Shown here piece after piece: positions 1 to 11,760 of a DNA stretch of 64,000 bases; position 1 is the stretch's first letter; every line of letters starts with the position of its first letter. The DNA lies in NCBI RefSeq assembly GCF_006345805.1, contig NC_042999.1, positions 61,380,001 to 61,444,000 of the forward strand. Direction: 5' to 3'. The notes beneath the pieces were generated by a model that did no database searches, was not told where the DNA came from, and worked only from the letters and a program-made list of their open reading frames with translations. The position numbers and the translations under genes were made by a program. The stretch comes from Octopus sinensis. Taxonomy: Eukaryota.

Positions 1-17
1 TACTTATTCTATCGATC

Positions 18-44
18 ACTTTTAATGCTTCCCCACGCTGTAAA

Positions 45-129
<85 letters not shown>

Positions 130-184
130 TATATATATATACATACATATATATACACCCGCGCGCGTATGTGTATGTGTGTTC

Positions 185-216
<32 letters not shown>

Positions 217-229
217 TATATATAATATA

Positions 230-260
<31 letters not shown>

Positions 261-287
261 TTTACAGCGTGGGGAAGCATTAAAAGT
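18..287. repeat. Fold-back inverted repeat: perfect 37-bp arms around a (TA)n-rich core
   Basis: 18-54 (acttttaatgcttccccacgctgtaaatatatgtata) is the exact reverse complement of 251-287. Confidence 0.92.
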
Positions 288-327
288 TACACTTATTTTT
301 CACAGCAACCACTACACCTAATGATAT

Positions 328-440
328 AGAAGATTTTTATTTTGCCCCCCTTAAATTTCCTTTGCCGAATTCCTTTGTCAAGAAGGTCATATCATTTAGG
401 ACATAAATATCCACTCCTCTTGTCCTTGATCTGGTTTAGA
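328..440 (-). repeat. Dispersed ~110-bp repeat, copy 1 (probable retroelement 3' region)
   Basis: Reverse complement matches 4258-4368 closely (tctaaaccagatcaa.gacaagaggagtggata...gaccttcttgacaaaggaattcggcaaaggaaatttaagggg). Confidence 0.8.
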
Positions 441-766
441 TGCAGTACAAAGAGAATACATCGCCAGCTAATAATAAAATTACAGTAATATTGGAAACTA
501 TCACTGCGTAGGAAGACAAGCGCCAAGGAATATGTGATTTGGGCTGTCCACAAGAGGTTCTCAGGCAAGTCGGAGTATCCTTACGCAGCAATTCTGTAAT
601 ATTTAATGTTATAGTGTTTTTAATGCCTTGCAGCTATTATTGGCCATAGTCTTTGTCCGTTATGATCTTGGACTATGTGTGTGTGTATGTGTGTGTAAAA
701 CTTTATCAGTTATGAGTTCAAAATTGCCATGTCTGGGACTGAGGCTGTTACGCATCTTATATAACT

Positions 767-879
767 GTATCCAGGTACAGTAACTAGATATTTCTTAGTG
801 GAAAGTACACACTGTAACCTAGTATCCAGGTACAGTAACTAGATATTTCTTAGGTGGAAAGTACACGCTGTAACTTAGT
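767..879. repeat. 55-bp tandem duplication (2 copies)
   Basis: gtatccaggtacagtaactagatatttcttag(g)tggaaagtacac.ctgtaac.ta starts at 767 and 822. Confidence 0.9.
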
Positions 880-1789
880 TGCTATGAGGTAGGGCAGCCA
901 GCCGTTAAAACCATGACAAAACAGTCCGCTCTCTCTCTCTCTCTCATTCTCTCTCTGTTGTCCTCTTTCTCTCCCTCTCTCTCTTGCCAGCAACTGTGAA
1001 GCCATCCAACCCCTACTAGCAAAGAAAGCAGACGTAATAGTGATGATGATAACGGTGATGATGTAAACATGTGTGTACGTATATATATTATATATATATA
1101 AATGTGTGTGTATGGTTATGTATGTATGTATGTATATACACTCAAATGCTGTAATACAGCAAGAATAGAAACCAGCTAATAAGTAAATAGTTAAGTACAT
1201 GAATGTTTATTACACTAATTCTGTGTAATTTTCCTTTTCTAATGTTGTAAATTGGTATATATACACATTTTATCTATTCTGGTTATATTATCATTTTTGA
1301 TAATCTTAATTATTAACTTTATACAACATAACATTCTACCCTATAGTAATTTTCTTTACATCATATGTTTTATTAGCGTCTTGCCCCTTTAACTGGTAAT
1401 TAATATCTTGATTTGAGGTCTTCCCCTACCCAGCCTCTTTTATGGACAGTTACTTTATACTAAGCCTAAAATCCTGACAATATTTATGACCATATCCTAG
1501 CCATGTGCTGTCAACTCACTCCTGCCCTCCATTCTAAACAGTCACAGTCCTCTAGTCCTAGATTTGGTAGTTGATAATAAGATTAATAGATTAAAAATGA
1601 ACAACAATCCTTTACAAGCTATGACCCTTACAAACTTCACAGAGTTCTTAGAAGTGTAGTATATTCTTAGCTACATTAGTGGTAACATGGACTCTTTCCC
1701 TAATATTGCTCTATTAGAGCATTTGAGGTAAAATTATATTGTGTCCAACTGCTTATTTATTTATGCAGCTGAGGATAGCCCTGCATTTA

Positions 1790-1889
1790 AACTGATGTAA
1801 TGATTGTATTGTTCAATGAAATGGAGCCGCTTGAAACAGCCGCATTGCATCACCTCTTGTTATCCTGTTGCTTATTTTGATTTTATTCA
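1790..1889 (+). mobile_element. Degenerate PLE-type terminal repeat with decayed hammerhead (family shared with 30143-30262)
   Basis: ctgatg at 1792, then atggagccgcttgaaac...tcctgttgcttattttgattt, homologous to both arms of the 30.2-kb hairpin. Confidence 0.5.
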
Positions 1890-1989
1890 CTTACTTTGCG
1901 TTGTACAGATAATACCGTATTGATCTGGAGCTTCAACTTAAGTACCTAATTCAACTGAATCTCAATTATTTCTTAACCCGTCAACCAAA

Positions 1990-1991
1990 CC

Positions 1992-2050
<59 letters not shown>

Positions 2051-2109
2051 ATGCATATATATATTTGTATATATATGCATGCATATAAGTATGTATATAT
2101 ATATATACG

Positions 2110-2142
<33 letters not shown>

Positions 2143-2269
2143 ATACATACATATATATATTTGTATATATATGCATGCATATAAGTATGTATATATATAT
2201 ATATATGTGTGTATATATATATATGTATGTAATATATATATACATATATTATATATATATATATATATA

Positions 2270-2356
<87 letters not shown>

Positions 2357-2427
2357 CACACATATATATATATACATACTTATATGCATGCATATATATA
2401 CAAATATATATATGTATGTATACACAC

Positions 2428-2460
<33 letters not shown>

Positions 2461-2606
2461 TACACACACACACATATATATATATACACACACACACATA
2501 TATATATATATATACATACTTATATGCATGCATATATATACAAATATATATATGTATGTATACACACATATGTATGTATATATACGTATGTATATACCCA
2601 TGTATG

Positions 2607-2640
<34 letters not shown>

Positions 2641-2732
2641 CATATATATATGTATGTATATACACATACACACATATGTATGTATATATATGTATGTAAT
2701 ATATATACACACACACACACATATATATATAT

Positions 2733-2801
<69 letters not shown>

Positions 2802-2935
2802 CATACTTATATGCATGCATATAAGTATGTATATATATATGTATATATATATATAGTATATATATATATATGTATGTATATACATATATATATGTATTGA
2901 ATTTTCTGCTGCTTAAAATAAAGTATATATATATA

Positions 2936-2975
<40 letters not shown>
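1990..2975. repeat. Compound (TA)n/(CA)n microsatellite with a higher-order unit in both orientations
   Basis: Unit atacttatatgcatgcatatatatacaaat appears reversed at ~2050-2200 and forward at ~2375-2550; perfect palindrome at 2801-2830. Confidence 0.85.
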
Positions 2976-2976
<1 letters not shown>

Positions 2977-4257
2977 TTCATTGATAACCGATCAAAAGGA
3001 CGCCAGACTGGAAACGGAAGCCTTGTATCGTTTCTTTAAACTTTAAACTTTAATTAAAGATCAGAGTAGGTCAATTATACACATATACTAATTGACATGT
3101 CTTCCATTCACTACATTTAACAAGATCAAAATCAGCTGTATATATGCGAAGCACGTGAAGTCACAAGTATTTCTAATTTCTACGCAACCAAACTTTGTGC
3201 ATGCTTATAAACGCCATTTGTATAAACTTATCGGAAGGCTCTAGAACAAATGCATAGTGTGTTGTTTGAGATAGATCTGTTGTAATTATAGCCAAACACT
3301 TGATTGAAACTTAATGCATCTAAGTACACAGTACGGTCTATAATGGTATCTTATTATTGTTTTATCAAATTAGCAAACGTAAGATTGTATAAATCATTTG
3401 AAAAGGCAGTGTATACTTTCTTAATACAAATTATGTTTATGTAACAAAAACAAACGTTAAAAGTAATCAGAAGATCAATGGAGCCAATTAGGATAATTGC
3501 AATATTTTAAGTAATAAATATCTGTAATTTAAGTCATAACTTTGCTTTCAATTTTCGAAATGAATTCTGACATCTATGACAACTCATTATTCAATAAAAC
3601 AAAGCGCATACGATTATTTAAACAAGATATATTAAATTATAGCATCAGAGTATTGTGTATTAACCTCATAACGACCAACCAGGAATATAATTGAGGCAGG
3701 CGTTCTCCCATTCCGGAAATCGTTATAATAATAATCATTTTCACTAATGTTAAAGCAAATGGACGGTTCTATTAGAGTTCTGCGAAGAAACTAATACTTA
3801 ATCAGATTACGTAATGAGTGAAAAGTACTGTTTTTTTTTTTCAATTGAAATATTAATGGACGATTTTCAGGTGTGTGAGGTTCTGTCATGGTACATAACG
3901 TAGAAGAAATGTTTGACTTAAGAGAATTTACGCCGTATACATTTATTTGAGAAACGGCCATTTACAATATTTATACATGTTTCAAAATGTTCTCTTTATA
4001 AGTGATGGGAAGTGATGTTTGATACAGTGGTGGTAGGCTTAACGTGAACTGACACGTTGCGTATCTACATTGATTTTAAAAGAAACGAAAATCAAAAATA
4101 AATAAGGAACTCCTAGGAACTATACAAATAAAGATTTAAAAGAGAAGTATCTTGGAGGCATTACTCTGAATAGAAAAACAGTACGAACTGCAACAACAAC
4201 ACTAACACTATCATCCTATAAATTAGTAATGGCGTGGAATCAAAGCTACTGGCTGAA

Positions 4258-4368
4258 TCTAAACCAGATCAACGACAAGAGGAGTGGATATCCATGTCCT
4301 AAATTATATGACCTTCTTGACAAAGGAATTCGGCAAAGGAAATTTAAGGGGAGAAATAAAAATCTTCT
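4258..4368 (+). repeat. Dispersed ~110-bp repeat, copy 2
   Basis: Matches the reverse complement of 328-440. Confidence 0.8.
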
Positions 4369-4940
4369 GTTTGTGAAAATAAATATCGGTGGACTCTCTG
4401 AATGTCATCGATTGTGTAGTAGGAGGGAGCCCTTAACGATCTGTGGAAGGATTGTCCCAACATTGAATGGCAGGATATATTGAAGCCGATGCCTAGTTGC
4501 TAGGTCCGAGGACGAGGCAGCAGGACACAACTGTTTCTCCATGAGCCTCGTTACAGCCTAGTATTACAATACATAACTCTTAAGCACTCTTTGATCACGT
4601 CCTGAAACATTAATACATCTGTCCTGGATTTGCATTTTCATCTCCATTGTGCTACAATGCACGCAATGAATACAAAGCTGACACTCTACGGTTTACCAAG
4701 TGACGTCCATATCGATATGATCCTCAAAGACAAGATCATCCCGATGATTAACCCCATTGAAGAATTGAAGAGTACGTTAATGAGATTGTTTGTACGGAAT
4801 GTAATGTCTAGTTGACATACTTTTGTTAATAAAGTCCGCATAAAGGACTTCTATTCAGAAAAGTGAAGGTGAAAAGTTAAAAGAAACATAAATTAAACAG
4901 CGTGCAAGAGTAATATGTAGTCCTGGAGGTGAAGAATATA

Positions 4941-5172
4941 TATTTCTTTACTACCCATAAGGGGCTAAACACATAGGGGACAAACAAGGACAGACAAACG
5001 GATTAAGTCGATTACACCGACCACAGTGCGTAACTGGTATTTAATTTATCAACCCCGAAATGATGAAAGGCAAAGTCGACCTCGGCGGAATTTGAACTCA
5101 GAACGTGACGGCAGACGAAATACGGCTACGCATTTCGCCCGGCATGCTAACGTTTCTGCCAGCTCGCCGCCT
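4941..5172 (-). mobile_element. SINE family A (tRNA-headed), full length
   Basis: Minus strand: ggcggcgagctggcagaaacgttagc (A-box-like)...gagttcaaattcc (B box)...gcctttcatcatttcggggttgataaa...gtagtaaagaaata; homologous to 59337-59567. Confidence 0.9.
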
Positions 5173-5378
5173 TACAGGTGAAGAATATAGCCGATGCTGC
5201 TACTGCTGTTCTCAGAGGAGATCCAAACATAGGCAGAGCAGAGAAGGAAGCGATATCACCATCCTTAGGCAGGCAGCAAACGGCGTAGTAGAATGTCTCT
5301 TCCTTCCGCACAAGTCCAGCTGTATGAATGTCTCCCATTCGCTCTTTCTCTCTCCCTCTCCCCCTCTCCTTCTCTCTT

Positions 5379-5415
<37 letters not shown>

Positions 5416-5841
5416 GTCACACACACACACACGCACACATACATTTGTATTGACGGAAATGGGAGAAGTGTCGGAAAACTAGGAAAAAATTTAAATATAA
5501 GATGCAAAATTTAAATATAAGATGCAAAATATAGACTCAGTTTTCAGTTTTATCAAAAGGATAGACATCCCTCACCATACGCTTGCTGAAACATCTTCAA
5601 TGTTTCTGTAGCCAACATTCCAAGTTTAACGGAAAATTTCACCTTGACTCTTTACTCCTGTTCTAGACAAAATCGCAGACCACAGCATACACGTGATCAC
5701 AAAAACACAAATATCACAACGATGTCATTCGGCACACTGGTTCACTGCGCAGGCAACCGTGTGCTAAGAACTGTTGGTGCGCTACAGAACTAGTCTGGGA
5801 ACTTTTTCATACCACCTCGTATTATTATTATTGTTATTATT

Positions 5842-6374
5842 CATATGCACACAACAGATTAGACTGTTGGAAAATAAAAATAATCCTAACATCGGGCTAC
5901 AGCAAATACCCTTAAATGTCAAGAATCCTCCTAGATATCCTAGCTGTCCCTAATAACACGATTATCTGGAGCTGTACTCAACTGGATTTTATGCCTATTT
6001 CCTCTATCCTTCTGTTCAAATCTTTAGGGATAGTTCCCTATGCACGATAGTGCCCTATGCTGGAATACATTTAACCCGCAATTTTTATAGTCTCTGTAAT
6101 TCAGTTGTAGGTCTTGGTAGTTTGCTTTATTTTCTCCCATATTCATTTTTTTCATCGTTTGGGACTGTAAAGTCAGTTATCTGGCACTTTCTATTCTCTT
6201 TATCTACTACTATTAAATCAGGCCTGCTAGCTTCTATTACTCTAAATGTTAAAGTCCCACAAGATCTTGTATTTCTTACTCTCTAGTACTTTACTAAGGT
6301 CATGTTCATACCATTTATCAGTATGTTCAAATCCTAGCTTTCTACATAACTCCCGATGGATTACTCTCCCTAGC

Positions 6375-6375
<1 letters not shown>
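5842..6375 (-). mobile_element. 5'-truncated, decayed R4/Dong-clade non-LTR retrotransposon (restriction-like endonuclease C-terminus and 3'UTR), flanked on both sides by (AAT)n
   Basis: Manual minus-strand translation with frameshifts: IHRELCRKLGFEHTDKWYEH...KILWDFNI...RPDLIVVDKENRKCQITDFTVP...LLGTARISRRILDI* (stop at 5912-5914). (TTA)n at 5821-5841 and 6375-6471. Confidence 0.85.
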
Positions 6376-6415
<40 letters not shown>

Positions 6416-6425
6416 GTTGTTGTTA

Positions 6426-6472
<47 letters not shown>

Positions 6473-6604
6473 TGTTTGGCTTTCTCTTTCTAATTGTACG
6501 AGTTGACTCTAAGTCTCCTGGAGAAACCTCAAGAGACAATAAGTTCGAATTTCAAGATGGTGTTATATTTTAATTTTGCACAAAGTATTTGTTGTAGAGA
6601 ATGT

Positions 6605-6809
6605 CTCTGAAAACAAGGCCAGAAATTTTCGAGGCGGGGCCAGTCGATTAGATGAAACCCAGTACGCAACTGGTACATAATTTATCGACGTCGAAAGGAT
6701 GAAAGGCAAAGTTGACCTCGGCGGAATTTGAAGTCGGAACGTAAACACAGGCGAAATACCACTAAGCACTTCACCCGGTGTGCTAACGTTTCTGCCAGCT
6801 CGCCGCCTT
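6605..6809 (-). mobile_element. SINE family A, variant 3' tail
   Basis: Same head and central domain as 4941-5172, different 3' end. Confidence 0.85.
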
Positions 6810-7963
6810 AATCCATCGGATTATCCATGGAGCAGCTGGTATTTACGCCGTCAACATGAAACATTTTCCAGTTTGCAATATTATATTTCAAAGCCTTTTA
6901 AACTCTGGAGATAAAAAAAATTGGTTATTACCATGGTCAGCGATAGTACAAAACCAGAAATATTCTCTACTTGTCGTCGGAAGTACGTATTCATGGAGTG
7001 CATACATGACCACGAAAATGCAAGGTCAATTTATGACTGCAGGTCAAGATCGTATGCTTTTCCTAATCCTACATCCAGTAATCCTCCGACCAAGAATGAT
7101 ATCCGTTACAGGATTTGAGCAACGATAATCAGCCTACATGTTGCTCTGAAAAAACATTACAACGCATCATTCACTAAATATAAATGCGTGTGTTATATAC
7201 GTATACGTACATACCCGCTTATAGATTCGTGTGTGTGTGTGCGCGTGTGTGTGTGTGTGTATCGATACACACAAAAACGCACAAGGTTATTGCATCTATT
7301 TGATTATTAAAGCAACGAATTATGGCATGCTATAGAAGAATAGACGTTATATTCTATTATCAAAAATGATAAATGAATTTCATATATAAAATCATTTGTG
7401 TATTTCCATACGGTTTCCATTGCTAACATATTTCGTTTTTTTTTTAACATCTTCTTCCTATACACACATATCTTTTACAAGCCATTACATAGAAGTACGT
7501 ATTACGTGCCCGTATTGAGGGAGAAATCGTATGAATAAATACTATATAATTATCCAATTTATTATATTTTAATTATATTAATTCATTGTATTGAATAAAA
7601 GATTTATTGAAATATCTATTTTAGAAGCTCGGCACAAGTAGAGTAGTATTTAGAATTTTTAAATTTTGATTCATTTCTCTCACTTCGAAATATTAAACTT
7701 AGCAATTTCAAAAGGTTTCATAGAAATTCGAAAATCACCACAGGGTATTAGTTGGAGTTTAAACTAAATACGAAATCCTTAGAAATATCTGCAAACGAAT
7801 CGATTTTTCTCCATGAACGTTACATAAAATAAATCGTTTCTCTCTCTTCTAATGTAGACATTCATCAACAATAACATTTAATCAAACATCCTGTTCAATG
7901 TTTTGACATACCACATGTAGTGGTGACATGTGAGCTAAAACGACTGTGATTCGTATATGAGTG

Positions 7964-8010
<47 letters not shown>

Positions 8011-8038
8011 ATATATATATATATATACACATATGTAT

Positions 8039-8091
<53 letters not shown>

Positions 8092-8243
8092 ATATATATA
8101 TTATAATATATATATATATAGATATATATATATACACATCCACACACAGAGCAGGGACTGATAGACAGAGAGCGACAGATATAGCCAGATAGATATATGT
8201 GTGTGTCTGTGCGTTTTTGTGTGTGTGCGCGCGCGTTTATACA

Positions 8244-8307
<64 letters not shown>

Positions 8308-8340
8308 TTTATATATATATGTATATATATACATATATAT

Positions 8341-8440
8341 ATATTTATATATATGTACACATTTATATATATATTTATATATATGTACACATTTATATAT
8401 ATATTTATATATATATACACATTTATATATATATATTTAT
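8341..8440. repeat. 30-bp minisatellite (~3.3 copies) inside a TA tract
   Basis: atatttatatatatgtacacatttatatat repeated with period 30. Confidence 0.8.
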
Positions 8441-8524
8441 ATATATACATCTATATATATATTTATATAATTTATACATATACATATATATATATATATC
8501 TATATATATTTATACATATACATA

Positions 8525-8556
<32 letters not shown>

Positions 8557-8977
8557 AATATATATATATATAGTTCGATTCATACGTTTCAATAGTTCCT
8601 TTTATATTTCCGTTTTACCATTTTCCCTCCAATTTGCATACGTTTGTATACATTACCAGAGAATGCTGTAGCTAATTCATGAGATGAGCTGCCTTTATTT
8701 CCACCCTCGGAATAATGGCATAACTATGCAAATAGATTACAGTACAATATCAGGATGTGTCATTAGTGAACAATTCATTAGGTATTGTCGAGATATAATT
8801 AAGATTTCTGTGTTGGATATGGGTACGCATGCACCTATTGAAAGTGGGTACGCGTACACCTATTTGTAATTGTGAACTTATGATATGTATGTATTTGTGT
8901 ATGCATATATACATGTGTTTGTGTATACAATAAATATCAGCAAAATAGCTGTCGATATATGTGTATATGTATATATA

Positions 8978-9025
<48 letters not shown>

Positions 9026-9630
9026 ATATATATATACATATATTTGTATGTATGTATGTATGTGTTTTTGTGTGTGTATGCATAGGTATATGCATATATT
9101 CTCTAGAGTTTCAAATATTTACAAAGGAGTTGGCAATCTTCGTTTATCTCAGCACATTCTTCCAGATGGAAAACAAAAATTTTCTGTATGTGTGTAGAAA
9201 ATCGAAAATATTCATAAACGAAATAAATCAATTAATCTACTACTGGAATTTCTCTGAATATTTTGACATTTTGAATATTTGTGTAGCGTCTCTGTTTATA
9301 AAGAGAAATGTTCAGCGAACGGGAGAGATTACGATATTCTTTTTTTTTTTTTCTACCTCATCTCGCTTTATGACCAATATACATCAGTAAAATGATATAA
9401 GCGATAGTAATAAAGATGTCAGCTATCGTACGAAGAGAATGTAGCCCTGCGATGAACTCGACATAATGCTAGAGTAGATAAATAAATTTGTACACATGCA
9501 TCTATCAATACAGATTTGGGGCACGCAGTTAGATGCATGAGTATATACCCATATGCACACAAAATGATGATTACATACACATACATACCTGCATGTGTTT
9601 GTGTATATATATATATACATTTATACATAT

Positions 9631-9691
<61 letters not shown>

Positions 9692-9732
9692 CATACATAC
9701 ATACATACATACATACGTACGTACATACGTAC

Positions 9733-9763
<31 letters not shown>

Positions 9764-9765
9764 CA

Positions 9766-9798
<33 letters not shown>

Positions 9799-10343
9799 GT
9801 GTCTGTTTATGTATATACACCCACGTGCGTGTATATTTGTGTGCGCGTGCCCGTGTATACATTTTCATATTTTTAAGCAACATATTGTTTATGGTATATT
9901 ACTGGTGACAGTTTGGGGTGTTACCTTCGGAGTCCCGTCGACTACTGTAGCCAGGTAATATTGTACTCTTGTGACATACTAGCCAGATGCTCATTCTATT
10001 CTGTGATTCAGTATTGGTAAAAAGAAACGGAATGAAATGTAATGAAAAATTATGTTTTTCTCCACGAGGAAAAGAGGGTGAAATATATCGGCTTGGTGTT
10101 TGTAAGATAGGCGTTGTCTGGTTCTAATATGGCATGCCCCTCACCAAAAAGGGCAGTAACTGAAAATGTGCTTTCTGAGTTTAGGAAAGAGTCTGGGTTG
10201 TGTGAATTTCATGTAATGAGTCTCCTCTCCTTGAAGCAGCAGAGCGTACATCTTATAAGAAACGAACTACGGTTATTTTGGTCTCTCTAGCCTTCCGGAG
10301 TTAAGAGCGTGGGGTCAGAACTTTCCTGAACCTGCTCAGAGCG

Positions 10344-10460
10344 TTCCCGGTTCAGTCCCACTGCATGGCACCTTGGTCAAGTGTTTTCTACTAGAACCTC
10401 GGGCCAACCAAAGCCTTGTGAGTGGATTTGGTAGACGGAAACTGAAAGAAGCCCGTCGTA

Positions 10461-10509
<49 letters not shown>

Positions 10510-10756
10510 TGTGTGGTGTGTGTGTGTGTGTATGTGTATGTGTGTGTGTGTGTCTGTTTTAGTCCCCCGAACATCGCTTGACAACCGATGCTGGTGTGTT
10601 TGTGTCTCCGTAACTTAGCGGTTCGGCAAAAGAAACCGATAGAATAAGTACTAGGCTTACAAATAATAAGTGTTGGGGTCAATTTGCTCGACTAAAGGTG
10701 GTGCTTCAGCATGACCGCAATCAAATGACTGAAACAATTAAAAGAGTAAAAGAGTA
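10344..10756 (+). mobile_element. SINE family B (tRNA head + CORE-like domain + internal TA/TG microsatellite + (AAAAGAGT)n tail), 5' truncated
   Basis: ggttcagtccc B box, ggcaccttggtcaagtg CORE-like motif, 3' half ending gactgaaacaattaaaagagtaaaagag. Confidence 0.9.
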
Positions 10757-11279
10757 TGTGGACATATATGCGTATGTTGCTTGTATCATCGTGAAACGAG
10801 ACCCAACGGAGAATTTTCGACAGTTGTGTCACTCACAAGTTATGTGAGTGAAATGTGTATTTTCGAAGCAGTTTACATTTCAATTGTTTACTCTTTAATA
10901 AGTAGTCTTTCAATACACTCATCAATGTTTGGGAGACAAGAGTTGGGGAATCGCGAAGAATTGTTAAATAGCAATGACATCTCCCAGCATTACTAAAGCA
11001 CATCGTGAGTTTCACGCAGTGAGACTAAAGATAAGTAGATACGATTCAGTATAATACACGTTGTTTACCATTTCGATGTGTTTTTTTATGATGCATTTTA
11101 GTAGGTGTATCATCACTTGTTTGTTCGCGGAGAAATCATAGCCTCAAACCTGTGGACGTCCCTTTAAAGGTAGTTTTACAACCCTAATATCATTCCAAAC
11201 TCACAATATGTCTCGGTTTTAAGAGATGTTTGATTGATAATAGGTCATTGAGAGGTGGAGGAACTTCTGTGCCTGGTGT

Positions 11280-11760
11280 CCAGCAAACTGGACTCTTCTA
11301 CATTTCACAAGAGATGATACAGGTGGTAGTTTCTTTAACTTGAAATTGTACTTTGGTTGGGTTACGCTTCCACGAGAGATTTTGAGCGCTCATAAGGAGG
11401 CGAGTGTAAGTTCCATCCAACCGCCTCTCAGGCTTCTTTGGTAACGTCCAGGTTTCTGAGCCATATAGTAGAATTGGTTCGACTGTGGCTTTGAAGATTT
11501 TAAGTTTGAAATCTCTACTTAGATTTGATGACCACATCTTATGCATATGTTGTAGAGCTGAAAACGATGTAATTTCTACTCCTCTCCTCTGGAAGCTATC
11601 TGCTCGCGATACCAGAGGGCGCACACTCTCCTACCCTGATGTAATCTCCAGGGATACAGGCATCCAGCAACAGGACCTCCGTAATGCTATGATGGACCTT
11701 GAAGTCTGGCGTAACATAGTAGATTCCTTTGTCTCGACCACGGTCGAACAATGATAGTGA
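11280..11760. mobile_element. 5'-truncated RTE-clade LINE with 5' inversion and 12-bp TSD
   Basis: Minus arm MHKMWSSNLSRDFKLKIFKATVEPILLYGSETWTL...KLPPVSSLVKCRRVQFAGH; plus arm CCRAENDVISTPLLW...VSTTVEQ** with tgatagtga tail; TSD tgtgcctggtgt at 11268-11279 and 11761-11772. Confidence 0.9.
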
